64,000 nucleotides of DNA, taken from contig DATHJB010000135.1 of NCBI GenBank assembly GCA_035316325.1, positions 10,249-74,248 on the forward strand, in the 5' to 3' direction. Position 1 is the stretch's first letter. The number at the start of each line of letters is the position of its first letter. Shown here piece after piece: positions 27,626 to 38,200 of the stretch. This DNA is from Acidimicrobiales bacterium. GTDB taxonomy: Bacteria > Actinomycetota > Acidimicrobiia > Acidimicrobiales > VFJN01. The notes under the pieces were generated by a model. The model worked only from the letters and a program-made list of their open reading frames with translations. It was not told the DNA's origin and searched no databases. The translations under genes were made by a program, and so were the position numbers.

Positions 27626-28502
27626 GGGCCAGCATCATCTCTTCGTTGAGGCTGGCGGGTACCACGTAGCCGTCCTCGGTGCGGATGTCGTCGAAGCGGT
27701 CGCGCACGGTCTCGGCCGACAGGTCGGCGTCGAAGATCCCCGGCGTCACGCCGACGAACACCCGGGCCACGCGGCCACCGCCGACGGAGTAGACCTCGCC
27801 GGTCACCGCGCACTCCTCGTGCGCCAGGAAGGTGACCACGGGTGTGACCGACTCGGGCAGCAGCTTGTCGGCCAGCGGGCCGAGGATGTCCTCGGTCATG
27901 CGGGTCTTGGCGACGGGCGCGATGGCGTTGGCCTTGATGTTGTACTTGGCGCCCTCGATGGCGAGCACCCGCGTGAGCCCGACGAGGCCCATCTTGGCGG
28001 CGCCGTAGTTGGTCTGGCCGAAGTTGCCGAAGATCCCGGCGCCCGACGAGGTGTTCACGATGCGGCCGAAGCCCTGGTTCCGCATGTGCTCCCAGGCCGG
28101 CTGGGTGACGTAGAAGGCGCCCTTGAGGTGCACGTCGAGCACCGGTTCGAGCTGCTCGGCCGTCATGTTCTTGAACGACGTGTCGCGCAGGATCCCTGCG
28201 TTGTTGATGATGATGTCGACCTTGTCGAAGGCGTCGAGGGCCGACTGCACGATGGCCTTGCCGCCCTCGGGGGTGGCCACCGAGTCGTAGTTGGCGACGG
28301 CCTCGCCGCCGGCGGCCTTGATCTCGTCGACGACCGCCTGCGCCGCGGTGGTGCCGCTGCCCGTGCCGTCCGAGGAGCCGCCGAGGTCGTTCACGACGAC
28401 CAACGCGCCCCGCCGTGCCAGGTCCAGTGCGTGCGACCGGCCGAGGCCACCACCCGCGCCCGTGATGATCGCAACCTTGCCGTCGAATCCCAGATCTGCC
28501 AT
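27609..28502 (-). CDS. SDR, 3-hydroxyacyl-CoA dehydrogenase-like (MFE-2 N-terminal type)
   Basis: C-terminal 297 aa of track ORF 27609..28988, from ATG 28502. KVAIITGAGGGLGRSHAL, VVVNDLGG, NNAGILRD, YGAAKMG. Confidence 0.9.
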   Translation of the reverse strand: MADLGFDGKVAIITGAGGGLGRSHALDLARRGALVVVNDLGGSSDGTGSGTTAAQAVVDEIKAAGGEAVANYDSVATPEGGKAIVQSALDAFDKVDIIINNAGILRDTSFKNMTAEQLEPVLDVHLKGAFYVTQPAWEHMRNQGFGRIVNTSSGAGIFGNFGQTNYGAAKMGLVGLTRVLAIEGAKYNIKANAIAPVAKTRMTEDILGPLADKLLPESVTPVVTFLAHEECAVTGEVYSVGGGRVARVFVGVTPGIFDADLSAETVRDRFDDIRTEDGYVVPASLNEEMMLALKSLG

Positions 28503-28566
28503 GGACGGGAGCGTAGAGCGACCTTCCGAGGCGGTCCGAATCAGGTCGTCGACGTCGACCGAACTC

Positions 28567-28583
28567 AGCGAAGTAGCTTCGCT
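28567..28583. promoter_or_regulatory. perfect 7-3-7 palindrome in the divergent SDR / hypothetical intergenic region
   Basis: AGCGAAG-TAG-CTTCGCT, between starts at 28502 (-) and 28612 (+). Confidence 0.35.
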
Positions 28584-28611
28584 ACGTTTGGTAGTCAGGG
28601 AGGGCGGACCT

Positions 28612-29715
28612 GTGATCCACATGGACCCGGCGGTGGTCGGCGACTGGCGACGGGGCGGCGCGCGGAACGCGCTGTGCCTCGAGTTGGACGACCCCGCGGC
28701 TGGCTGGCCTGCGCTGTGCGACGTCCTCGACGAGGTGCCGGCCGGCTGGTCGGAGGTCGTCGTGGCGCCCGACGGGCTGCTGTTCGGGGGCGTCACCGAC
28801 GTCGATCCCGCGCCGGCGCTCGCCGAGGTGGTGGCCCGGCTGGGGGAGCGGGGCGTGGCGTCCGGGCGGCTGACCGTCGACCGCCACGCCGACGACGCCC
28901 AGCCCGGGGCCCTGCTCGACCTGGCCGAGACGACGTCGTGGGTGGCCGCCTGGCTGGTGCCGCTGATGGTGCCGGGCCTCAGCTTCACCTACCGGACGCT
29001 GCGGGAGTGGCGCATCCGGCGCTTCCCGCCGGCGCGGCTGACCGACGTGGTGGCCGATCTGGTGGCGGGGTCGCCCGTCGAGGTGGCGCGGGTCGGCTGG
29101 TCCGGCGGTGCGTTCGAGGTGCCGGCCGCCGATCTGCCCGCGTACGCCCGGCGTTGGACGGAGCACGGCACCACCACCACGAGCGCACTGGCCGAGACGC
29201 TGCCCGAGGCGGCCGTGCTGGTGACGACCGTGCGACGCGGCACGGAGCTGGTGGGCGTCGGTCACGCCGGCGTCGGCCTCCTCGACGACCGGCCGCGGGC
29301 CGAGACGGCGCTCGAGGAGCTCACCGAGCTGATCGTGGGGCTGGCCGACGTGCTGGCGTACGCCGTGGTCGGCGTGCACGAGACGGGGCGCGAGGCGGCG
29401 CTGGGCACGCCGTTCCGGGAGACCGAGCCGGCGACCGCCCGGGCCCGCAGCCGTGGCCTGAGCCTGGCGGCGCTCGACCAGTGGGTGCTCGACGCCGCCC
29501 CGGTCCAGCTGCTCAGCACCCACCACCGGGTGAACCCCGGCGATGACGTGACGGAGGAACCCGTCGCCGCCGGCCGCCGCCTGGTCCGCATCGGCACCCC
29601 GACGGACTGGTTCTCGGGCCCGACCGCTCGCTCCCAGGTCCGCAACCGCGGCCGCCAGGCCCTCTCCGCCTGCCTCCCACCCCCGAAGACCCCGATGCCC
29701 GCCCCACTCCTGTGA
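28612..29715 (+). CDS. hypothetical protein
   Basis: Track ORF 28291..29715. GTG 28612 is preceded by GGGAGGG, with an in-frame ATG at 28621. G/C-rich third positions. No family recognised. Confidence 0.55.
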   Translation: MIHMDPAVVGDWRRGGARNALCLELDDPAAGWPALCDVLDEVPAGWSEVVVAPDGLLFGGVTDVDPAPALAEVVARLGERGVASGRLTVDRHADDAQPGALLDLAETTSWVAAWLVPLMVPGLSFTYRTLREWRIRRFPPARLTDVVADLVAGSPVEVARVGWSGGAFEVPAADLPAYARRWTEHGTTTTSALAETLPEAAVLVTTVRRGTELVGVGHAGVGLLDDRPRAETALEELTELIVGLADVLAYAVVGVHETGREAALGTPFRETEPATARARSRGLSLAALDQWVLDAAPVQLLSTHHRVNPGDDVTEEPVAAGRRLVRIGTPTDWFSGPTARSQVRNRGRQALSACLPPPKTPMPAPLL

Positions 29716-29727
29716 CAGCCCGACCCA

Positions 29728-29787
29728 CCGAAATCTCGACAGAGATGGTGGCTATAGCGCCATGTCTGTCGAGGTTTCGGTGGGGGG
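29728..29787 (+). repeat. nested-palindrome repeat, copy C
   Basis: CCGAAATCTCGACAGAGATGGTGGCTATAGCGCCATGTCTGTCGAGGTTTCGGTGGGGGG. Lies in the 72-nt gap between convergent stops at 29715 and 29788. Confidence 0.85.
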
Positions 29788-30471
29788 CTAGGTGCCGAGG
29801 GCGAGGTAGCCGATGCGTTCGGAGATGTGGACCGCGTGGTCGCCGAGGCGTTCGTAGAAGCGGCCGACGAGGGTGGTCTGCAGGGCGTCGGCGAGCTCCA
29901 GCTCGCCTGTTCCCAGCTCGGCGATGAGCCGGTCGTGGAGGTCGTCGAGGCGGTCGTCGATGGTGTCGATGCGCTCGGCGGCCTCGGCGTCGCGCTCGGC
30001 CCAGGCGTCGGCCGCGGCCTGCCACATCTCGACGCAGATGGAGCCCATCTCCTGGAGGATGCCGCGCACGCTGGGGGTCAGCCGCGTGGCCAGCCCGGCG
30101 ATGGCCCGCTGGGCGATGTGCTCGGCGAGATCGCCGCTGCGCTCCAGCTCGGGCACCACCCGGATGACCGTCAGCAGGTAGCGCATGTCGCCGGCCATCG
30201 GCGACTGCATCACCAGCTCACGCTGGGCCAGCTGCTCGAGGTCCTCTTCGAGCTGGTCGACGAAGGCGTCGCGCTCGGCGGTCGCCTCCGCGGCGGCCCG
30301 GTCGCCGGCCAGCAGCGAGTCGGTGGCGGCGGCGACGGCCTCGGTGACCAGCGCGAACAGGCGGATGACCTTGGCGTCGATGTCGGCCAGCTGCGAGTCG
30401 AACTGACGACGGAACTCGAAGGGCTCGGGCACGGTCGAACCGTAGCTGGCCCCTCCGCGGAGAGGGAACAT
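29788..30471 (-). CDS. phoU: PhoU family phosphate-signalling protein
   Basis: Track ORF. Two PhoU repeats, with E/DxxxD motifs such as ERSGDLAEHIA and ERLGDHAVHISE. Confidence 0.85.
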   Translation of the reverse strand: MFPLRGGASYGSTVPEPFEFRRQFDSQLADIDAKVIRLFALVTEAVAAATDSLLAGDRAAAEATAERDAFVDQLEEDLEQLAQRELVMQSPMAGDMRYLLTVIRVVPELERSGDLAEHIAQRAIAGLATRLTPSVRGILQEMGSICVEMWQAAADAWAERDAEAAERIDTIDDRLDDLHDRLIAELGTGELELADALQTTLVGRFYERLGDHAVHISERIGYLALGT

Positions 30472-30494
30472 GCCCGTACGTCGGGCTTTTCGCG

Positions 30495-31625
30495 CTACCA
30501 GGCGACGTCGGCGGCGCGAGTGAGGACGGTGTCGTCCGGGGGGATGAGCCAGTACCAGCCGCCCGTCGGGCTTCGCACCACCACGCCGCCGTCCGGCCCC
30601 ACGAGAAAGGCCGAGGTGCCCGTGCGGTCGGCGGTGAGCCGGTACGGCGGCGCGCCCGGGTCGGTCGTGCCCGCTGGCCGTCCGTCCTGCGTGACCTCAC
30701 GCAGGACGGACGACACGCCGGCGGCCTCGGCGGCCTGGCCCTGCGGGTGCTCCGCCACCAGGAGCGTCCCGTCGGCCAGGAACGCCGGCTGCGCCCACCA
30801 GCGGCCTTCGTCGGGTCGGGTCGGTGTCGCCTCGTCGAGCGACGCGGCGTCGACCGGCAGCAGCAGGATCTGCGTCTCGCTGCTGCCGTTGGCGACCTCG
30901 ACGGCCAGGCGATCGCCCTGCGGCGACCAGGCCACCGACATCACGTTGCCGTAGTGGTCACCGGCGTCGATGGTGCGCGTCACGTTGCCGTCGAGGTCGT
31001 GGACGGTGATGCCGTCGGGCTGGACCAGCGAGAACGCGAGGCCGTCAGGGCTGAAGGTCGGGTTGTAGCCGTAGCTCACGAATGTGGATTCACCGTCGGG
31101 CTCCAGCCGGTAGGTCATCCCGGCGGCGGGTTCGCAGCAGGTGGAGTACAGCACGGTGTCGTCGAGCCCGGCGGCGGCGTTGTCGATCGGGTCGCCGCCG
31201 GAGTCGGCGCCGCCGGCGAGCGTCTCGACCTCGCCCGAGTCGGTGTCGACCCGCACGAGCCGGCCGTCGGCGGTGGCCACCAGCAGGGAGCCCGGCTGGC
31301 GTGCCCCCTCCGAGACGACGTCGAGTGTCGTCCCGGAGGAGGCGTCATCGGCGGCATCGACGGACGGCTCCGCCGTCCTGACCTCGCCGTCGCCGCCGGT
31401 GAGCATGAGAAGGGCCGTCGCCAGGCCGCCGAACCCGGCGACGACCGCTGCCGCGACGAGCAACCAGCTCCGGCTGGCGGGGGGACCGCCAGCCGAGGAT
31501 GTGTCGTCGAGGCGTTCTCGGAACCGCTCCCAGGCATCGGGAGCGGGTGTCATTGAGGTGCCCTCCTCAACGAGCGCCCTCTCGATGAGCCCGTCGAGCT
31601 CGTCCAGCCCGTTCGGTCCGCTCAC
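30495..31625 (-). CDS. sigma-factor-associated single-pass membrane protein with a beta-propeller-like (TolB-like) extracytoplasmic domain; putative anti-sigma factor
   Basis: Track ORF. GTGA overlap with the sigma gene. TM helix WLLVAAAVVAGFGGLATALLML. Repeated FSPDG/WSPQGD-type blades. No zinc-binding HxxxCxxC motif seen. Confidence 0.6.
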   Translation of the reverse strand: MSGPNGLDELDGLIERALVEEGTSMTPAPDAWERFRERLDDTSSAGGPPASRSWLLVAAAVVAGFGGLATALLMLTGGDGEVRTAEPSVDAADDASSGTTLDVVSEGARQPGSLLVATADGRLVRVDTDSGEVETLAGGADSGGDPIDNAAAGLDDTVLYSTCCEPAAGMTYRLEPDGESTFVSYGYNPTFSPDGLAFSLVQPDGITVHDLDGNVTRTIDAGDHYGNVMSVAWSPQGDRLAVEVANGSSETQILLLPVDAASLDEATPTRPDEGRWWAQPAFLADGTLLVAEHPQGQAAEAAGVSSVLREVTQDGRPAGTTDPGAPPYRLTADRTGTSAFLVGPDGGVVVRSPTGGWYWLIPPDDTVLTRAADVAW

Positions 31626-32137
31626 CGGAGGTCCTTCAGTTCCCGGGCCAGGCGGGCCCGGGCTCGGGCGATGCTCGACTTCACCGAGCCGATGCCGATC
31701 TCCAGCAGCTCGGCGACCTCGGCGTCGGAGCAGCCGGAGTAGTAGCGCAGCACCACGCAGTCGCGCTGGCGGCGGGGGAGCGCCCGCACCGCCGCGGCCA
31801 CCCGCACCTGCTGCGAGCGGTCGAGGGCGGCCGGCCCCGTGAGGTCGCCGGCGTCGTCGCGGGTCGACCGGATGTGGCGCCGGACGACCAGCCGGCGGCG
31901 GAAGTGGTCGTGGCTGAGGTTGACGACCGTGCGCCGCAGGTAGGCGAGCTCGGCGCCCGCCGCCGGCCAGGAGATGCTGGCGTCGAGTCGCATGAACGCG
32001 TCCTGCGCGATGTCCTCAGCCAGCTCGTCGTCGCCCGTGAGGACCCGCGCCAGGCGCAGGAGGCTGGCGTAGTGCTCGCGGAACAAGCCCTCGAGATCAC
32101 CTCGCCCGCGCTTGCGCTCCGCCACGGCACCTCTCAC
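31622..32137 (-). CDS. ECF (sigma-70 family) RNA polymerase sigma factor
   Basis: Track ORF, GTG start. Region 2 LAEDIAQDAFMRL. Region 4 LPRRQRDCVVLRYYSGCSDAEVAELLEIGIGSVKSSIARARARL. Confidence 0.85.
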   Translation of the reverse strand: MRGAVAERKRGRGDLEGLFREHYASLLRLARVLTGDDELAEDIAQDAFMRLDASISWPAAGAELAYLRRTVVNLSHDHFRRRLVVRRHIRSTRDDAGDLTGPAALDRSQQVRVAAAVRALPRRQRDCVVLRYYSGCSDAEVAELLEIGIGSVKSSIARARARLARELKDLR

Positions 32138-32191
32138 ATCTCTCAGACGGGTGGCGCCGCGAATCGGTTGACAGAAACTTCTGCGGGCGGG

Positions 32192-33811
32192 CTACGAGAT
32201 GCCCGCGGCGACCTTCTCCGTGGCGTACGCCTTGAGACGCTTGTAGTCGACCTTGCCGTTCGGTGCACGCCCGATCGTGTCGACGGGCAGCACCTGCTTC
32301 GGCGCCTTGTACGCCGCCAGCTTGGTCTTCACGTGGGCGATCACGTCGGCGGCGTCGAGCTCGGCGCCGTCGTCCAGCTCCACCACGGCGGTGATGGCCT
32401 CGCCGAAGCGCTCGTCGGGCACGCCCACGGCCACGGCGTCGCGCACGGTCGGATAGGTCTTGAGGACTTCCTCGACCTCCTCCGGGTACACCTTCTCGCC
32501 GCCGGTGTTGATGCACACCGAGCCGCGTCCGAGCAGCGTGAGGGTGCCGTCGGCCTCGACGGTGGCGTAGTCGCCCGGGCAGGAGTAGCGCTTGCCCTCG
32601 AACTCGATGAACGTGGCGGCGCTCTTCTCGGGGTCCTTGTAGTAGCCGACCGGCACGGAGCCGCCCACGGCCACCCGCCCGACGTCGCCCGAGCCCGGCT
32701 CGGCGCGGCGGCCGTCGTCGGTGATCACCACGGTGTTCTCGCCGACCATGAACCGGGCGGTCTTCGACGTGCCGCCGGCCGACGACACCGACTGGCCCAT
32801 GCCCAGCGCCTCCGACGACGAGAAGGCGTCGACCAGCATCATCCCGGGATGGTGCTGCAGCAGCTCCTGCTTCACCTGCTCGCTCCACATCACGCCCGAC
32901 GAGGCGATCATGAACAGGCTCGACAGGTTCCAGCGGCCGGGGTTCTCGTCGAGCGCCCGCACCATCGGCTTGGCGAAAGAGTCGCCCACGATCGCCAGCG
33001 ACGAGACCTTCTCACGCTCCACCGTGTCGAGCAGCTCCGCGATGTCGAGGTTGCGACCCACGAGCGTCACCGTGCTGCCGCCCGCCGACAGCATGATGAG
33101 CTGGGTGTACAGGCCCGTGCCGTGCATCAGCGGGCAGGCGGGCAGGCCGACGGGGCCGGGGCCGGTGACCGCCTGGCGCACGATGTCGAGGTCGACGTCG
33201 CCGCTGCGGTACGACGGGTTGACCTGGCCGACGAGGCTCCGGACGAGGTCGTCCTGGCGCCACATCACACCCTTGGGCATGCCGGTGGTGCCGCCGGTGT
33301 AGGTCATCATCAGGTGGTCGCCGTCACGACCCCAGGGGGCGACGACCCGCTCGGTGTGCGACACCGCGGCGGCCTCGTAGGGCTGGGCCCACTCGGGGCA
33401 GGGGCCGTTGCCGTCGTCGACCCAGAGCCAGGTGGCGACGCCCGGGACCCGGCTGCGGATGCGCTCGATGGTCTCGGTGAAGGAGCCGTGGAAGACGACG
33501 GCGACGGCATCCGCGTTGTCCCACAGGTAGACGAGCTCGTCGTCCTTGTAGCGGTAGTTGGTGTTGATGGGCACCAGCCCCACCTTGAACGCCGCGAACA
33601 TCGACTCGATGTACTCGGGGCAGTTGTAGAGGTACTGGGCGACCTTGTCCTGCTCGCCGGCGCCCCGGTCGAGCAGCGTCTGGGCGACGCCGTTGGCGCG
33701 ACGGTCGAACTCCGACCACGAGATGCGGCGTTCGCCCTGGACCTGGCACTGGGCATCGGGAATCTGGTCGGCGACGACCTCCCAGATCTCGGCGAAGTTC
33801 CACCCCGGCAT
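32192..33811 (-). CDS. acyl-CoA synthetase (AMP-forming, FadD-like)
   Basis: Track ORF 32192..33892, start at ATG 33811 (MPGWNFAEIW), preceded by GGGAAGG. MMTYTGGTTGMPKG, GEKVYPEEVE, GKVDYKRLK. Confidence 0.9.
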   Translation of the reverse strand: MPGWNFAEIWEVVADQIPDAQCQVQGERRISWSEFDRRANGVAQTLLDRGAGEQDKVAQYLYNCPEYIESMFAAFKVGLVPINTNYRYKDDELVYLWDNADAVAVVFHGSFTETIERIRSRVPGVATWLWVDDGNGPCPEWAQPYEAAAVSHTERVVAPWGRDGDHLMMTYTGGTTGMPKGVMWRQDDLVRSLVGQVNPSYRSGDVDLDIVRQAVTGPGPVGLPACPLMHGTGLYTQLIMLSAGGSTVTLVGRNLDIAELLDTVEREKVSSLAIVGDSFAKPMVRALDENPGRWNLSSLFMIASSGVMWSEQVKQELLQHHPGMMLVDAFSSSEALGMGQSVSSAGGTSKTARFMVGENTVVITDDGRRAEPGSGDVGRVAVGGSVPVGYYKDPEKSAATFIEFEGKRYSCPGDYATVEADGTLTLLGRGSVCINTGGEKVYPEEVEEVLKTYPTVRDAVAVGVPDERFGEAITAVVELDDGAELDAADVIAHVKTKLAAYKAPKQVLPVDTIGRAPNGKVDYKRLKAYATEKVAAGIS

Positions 33812-33854
33812 CGCACACACCTTCCCTGGTCGCTTCGACTGGTCGACAGCGCTC

Positions 33855-33872
33855 ATTGACCGTGAGGTCAAT
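33855..33872. promoter_or_regulatory. candidate operator ATTGACC-GTGA-GGTCAAT upstream of the acyl-CoA synthetase gene
   Basis: Perfect 7-4-7 palindrome, 44-61 nt upstream of ATG 33811. Same TTGACC-N4-GGTCAA core as 46742-46759. Confidence 0.5.
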
Positions 33873-33939
33873 CGACTCTGGAGGGTAGTCATATCAACCG
33901 TTATCGAGAAATCTGCCGGGCGTCCCGCCGCCCCTACGC

Positions 33940-34434
33940 TCAGTCGCCGTTGTCGGGCTGGCGGACCTCGTTGCCGACGCCTTCGACCGCCACGTCGTCG
34001 ACCGCCTCGCCGACAACGACCTGGTTCCCGGCACCGGTGACCCGGAGCGCGTCGGTGGACTCGACGGTCACGACGTGATCCGTGCCGGTGACGGCGACCT
34101 CACCGCAGCTCCCGGTGACGGCGACGGCGCGGCTGGAGCCCTCGATGCTGACGTCGTCGCCGTCGTCGCAGGCGATGGTCTCGCCGTCGCCGTCGCGGTC
34201 GCCGTCGCCGTCGCCTTCACCACCACCCTCGTCGTCCGGGCCGCCGTCGTCATCGCCGTCGTCGTCGCCGTCATCCCGGTCGTCGTCCTGGTCGTCGGGC
34301 GGGGCGGCGGTGGTGGTGGTCGTCTCGACCTGGGCCTCGCCGGAGTCGATGCTCACCTCGGCGTCGTCGTCCCCGCAGGCGCCCAGCAGCACGACGGCCG
34401 CGACGGCGACCAGGACGACCGTGACCCGCCTCAT
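33940..34434 (-). CDS. DUF3060-like lipoprotein with an acidic low-complexity linker
   Basis: Track ORF. Lipobox VLLGAC. Repeated V.V.G..N.V.V units (VAVTGSCGEVAVTGTDHVVTVE, VTGAGNQVVVGE). ATGA overlap with the OmpA-like gene. Confidence 0.7.
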   Translation of the reverse strand: MRRVTVVLVAVAAVVLLGACGDDDAEVSIDSGEAQVETTTTTAAPPDDQDDDRDDGDDDGDDDGGPDDEGGGEGDGDGDRDGDGETIACDDGDDVSIEGSSRAVAVTGSCGEVAVTGTDHVVTVESTDALRVTGAGNQVVVGEAVDDVAVEGVGNEVRQPDNGD

Positions 34435-35177
34435 ACCTGGGCGCCGGCCAGCAGGATCTCGACGCGGCGGTTGCGCTGGCGGCCCGTCGGGTCGTCCCCG
34501 CCGCCCGGCTTGGAGTTGGGGGCGATCGGCCGGGTCTCGCCGTAGCCCGTCGCCGTGACCCGGTCGCGCTCGACACCCAGGATCACCAGCGCCTCCCGCA
34601 CCACGCCGGCGCGGGCCTCGGAGAGCCGCTGGTTGTAGTCGTCGGTGCCGACCGAGTCGGTGTGGCCGCCGATGTCGAGCGCCGACTCCGGCGAGGCCTT
34701 GGCCAGGCCCGCCACCAGGCTCAGCTTCTCCCGGGAGGCGGGCCGCAGGCCGACGCTGCCGAAGTCGAACAGCACGCTGTCGGGCAGCGGCACGGAGATG
34801 CCCCGGTCGGTCACCTCGCCGCCCAGCTCACCCACGGCCTCGTCGGGCGACATGGAACGCTCGCCGTCGGGCCCGGCGATCACGATCTGGTCGTCGTCGG
34901 TCACCGTCACCGAGATGCCGGCGAAGTCGGCGCAGCCGTCCACCTGGATGCCGGCCGCGGCGCACGGGTCGGTGCTGTCGGGTATCGCCCCCGGCACCGA
35001 TGTCTCCGGCGGCGCGGTCGTCTCTGCGGCGGGCTCGGTCGTCGTTGTGGTCGACGTCGCCGGCGGCTCGTCGGCCGCGGCCGCCGACGACGAGGCGTCC
35101 TCGGCGCCGCCGCCCCCGCATCCGGCCGCCAACGTCAACACGACCCCTACCGTCAATCCCCCAGCTATCCCTCGCAT
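34431..35177 (-). CDS. OmpA/MotB-domain peptidoglycan-binding lipoprotein
   Basis: Track ORF 34431..35237, start taken at ATG 35177 (MRGIAGGLTVGVVLTLAAGC lipoprotein signal). C-terminal GHTDSVGTDDYNQRLSEARA...NRRVEI. Confidence 0.85.
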   Translation of the reverse strand: MRGIAGGLTVGVVLTLAAGCGGGGAEDASSSAAAADEPPATSTTTTTEPAAETTAPPETSVPGAIPDSTDPCAAAGIQVDGCADFAGISVTVTDDDQIVIAGPDGERSMSPDEAVGELGGEVTDRGISVPLPDSVLFDFGSVGLRPASREKLSLVAGLAKASPESALDIGGHTDSVGTDDYNQRLSEARAGVVREALVILGVERDRVTATGYGETRPIAPNSKPGGGDDPTGRQRNRRVEILLAGAQV

Positions 35178-35290
35178 GCGGTCCACCGTACGCAGCGGAG
35201 CCGCTCGGTGTACCGCGGTCACCGCCGCCCGCGTCATACTCGGTGCGGACAGAGGCCGGCGCTGGTTCCGGTGGCAACGCGGGGAGAGGC

Positions 35291-38200
35291 ATGGGAGCCG
35301 AGGCGGCGCTGACCGAGAACGAGCTGACCGCCGCCGACCCCGCCACAGGTCATCCCCTGATGGCGTTCGCGCCCCGCCTGGCCCTGTGGGTGGCGATCGT
35401 CGCCCTCGATGTGGTCGCCGATCCCGACCCGGCGCTGGTGCTGCTGCTGATCGCCCTCGCCGGCGTGGTCACCATCGTCACCGACAGCCGCTTCGCCTGG
35501 GAGCGCGGCCTCGAGGCGCGGAGCATCCCCAGCCGAGAGGCATGGGTGCCGCTGGCGATGCTCGGGCTCATGCTGCAGCTCGACCTGGTGCAGTCCGGCA
35601 GCATCGGCGACGTGCTGGGCGACAAGGGCCCGGTGATCCTGTTCATCATGGGGTTCGCCCTGGTGTCGGAGGGCCTGCGCCGGTCGGGGTTCATCCACTT
35701 CCTGGCCTACCGGCTGACCGACCGGGGCGGCTCCAACACCACCCGGCTGACGCTCTACCTGTTCCTGCTGTCGTCGCTGCTCACGTACTTCACGTCGAAC
35801 GACATCGTGGTGCTGACGATGACGCCGATCGTGATGTCGGTCGCCTACCAGGCCCGCATCCGCAACGCGAAGCTGCTGCTCCTCAGCCAGTTCATCGCCG
35901 CCAACACGGTGTCGATGGGCATCCTCATCGGCTCGCCCACCAACCTGATCCTGGGCCAGGCGATGGACATCCGCTTCGTCGAGTACCTGTTCCTGATGCT
36001 GGCGCCGGCGACCGTGGCGCTGATGGTCACGTTCGTCTTCGTCACCTGGGTGAACGGGTTCGTCGAGAAGCGGGGCCGCTCCGAGAACCGGGTGCTCCGC
36101 TGGCTGGTCGGCACCTGGACCCACGAGGACCGCTACAGCCCGCCACGCTTCTCCGAGTACCGCACCTTCACCGGCGAGATGCGCACCTGGGTGGGGGTGT
36201 TCGCCCTGGCGGTGCTGTTGCTGACGGTGGGCACGGCCACCAACACGGGCCTGCTGTTGGCGGCGATCGCCATCGCCGGGCTGGGCCTCTACACCTTGCG
36301 GCGCAGCGCCCGGAACCGTGACGAGCCGACGGGCCGGCTGTTCATGGTCCGGAGCCTGCGGGTGCTGCCGTTCGGCATCGTGTTCTTCGGCCTCACCTAC
36401 TTCGTGCTCGCCGACGCCATGGCCGACACCCGGTTCGTGCAGGAGGACGTCGACGAGTTCGTCACCGACCACGCCTCCAGCCACACGCCGGTGCCCTCGT
36501 GGGGGGCGATGCTGACGTCGGGCGGGCTGGTCAACACCATGAACGACCTGCCGGCCTCGGCGCTGACGGGCACGGTGCTGGAACGGGTCGAGTTCGACAC
36601 GCCGTTCGACCGGGCGCTGGTGGTGCAGGGCACGGCGGCGGGCCTCAACATCGCCACCTACGTCACGCCGGTCGGCGCGCTCGCCGGGATCATCTGGTTC
36701 GACATCCTCCGCAAGGAGAAGCAGTCCCAACGGCTCAGTGCCGCCAAGAGCGGCCGGGCGGCGTTCGACGTGGTGACGCCCAGCCGGCGTGATCTGGTCG
36801 TCTACGGCAGCGTCATGTTCCTGGCCACCACCGCGGTGCTGGGGGCCACCAACTTCGGGTTCGTGGCCCTGGCCGACGCGCTGCTGGGCCCGCCGTCGGG
36901 CGGCAGCGAGTTCGGCACGGCGTCGTCCCACATGTTCTGGATGGTGGTGTGCCTGGCGCTGGTGGTCGCCGTGGTGGTGGCGTTCCGCCGGGTGCTGTCG
37001 TCGGCCGGCGTGGCGCTCTCCCACCTGGGCGACGTGCTGGTCGTGCTCACCCAGGTGCGACTGTGGGCGTCGCGGCACAAGCTGCTCGCCGCGGCCTGCA
37101 TCGCCGGCCTCCTCTTCACCGCCAGCGGGGTGCTGCTCTACTGGGCCGAGACGTTCCACGCCCGCGAGTACGGCCGGTCGGCGCTGTTCGAGGACCCCGG
37201 CGAGTTCATGACGTGGCTCACCGTGTTCGTGTCGAGCGGCTTCGAGAACTCCCGCTTCCCGCGCAGCACGCTGGGCCACATCCTCTCGGCCGCGCTCGCC
37301 CTGGGGGCTCTGACCGCCCTGCTGGCGTTCGTGCGGATCTCGACCAGCCCCACCGACCTCGGCCTGCGCCGCAAGCTCGCCCGCGGCGAGATCCCGTCGG
37401 AGCGGCTGGTGGTGGTGAACTGCGCCGTCGACAACCTGGCGCTGGTGCAGACGCTGATCAAGGAGTCGGGGCGGTTCGTCACCATCGCCAGCCGCGACCC
37501 CCTCCTGGAGACCCGCTTCGGGCTGCGCAAGAACGACCGGGTCGACGTGATCCCCTACGAGGGCGGCACCGCCGAGCTGGTCGGGTCGCTGCGGCTGCAC
37601 GAGGCCCACGAGCTGGTGCTGCTGAGTCGCTCGGTGACCGACGACTTCGAGAACCTGGCGCTGCTGGCCGCGCTCGACGCCCAGATGGTGACGCCGCCGG
37701 CGACCGTGCTGCAGGTGCACGAGCGGGAGCTGTCGCTGCTGCTCGACCGGCGGGTCAGCTCGGAGCTGCGGTCCGCCGTGGTGCGCACGCCGTTCGACCT
37801 GGTGGTCAGCGCGTTCCTGGTGGCCGACGCCGCCGGTCTCCCGGCCGAGCTGCAGGGCCTGTACCGCGAGCCGCTGGTCGGCCGGACCGCCGAGCCCGAT
37901 GTCGACCCCCACATCCGCCTGCGGGGCGTCGGCCACCCGCTCACGGTCGGCGTCGACTCGTCGCGGGCCGGTGCCGGGCCCCGGAGCGTCGTCCACGTGG
38001 TGGGGGCCGGGTGCTTCGCCCAGACCTGTGCGCTCGACCTGGTGACGCTGGGCGTGCCCGACGTGCGCCTGGTGGTCGCCGCCGACGAGCCCCTGCTCCC
38101 CGGCGTGACGGGCACCGCCGGGCTCACGGTCGTCAGCTGCGACAACGAGCGCGACGCCGCCGACCTGCTGTCCCCGTCGGCCTCGCCGGACGATGCGGCG

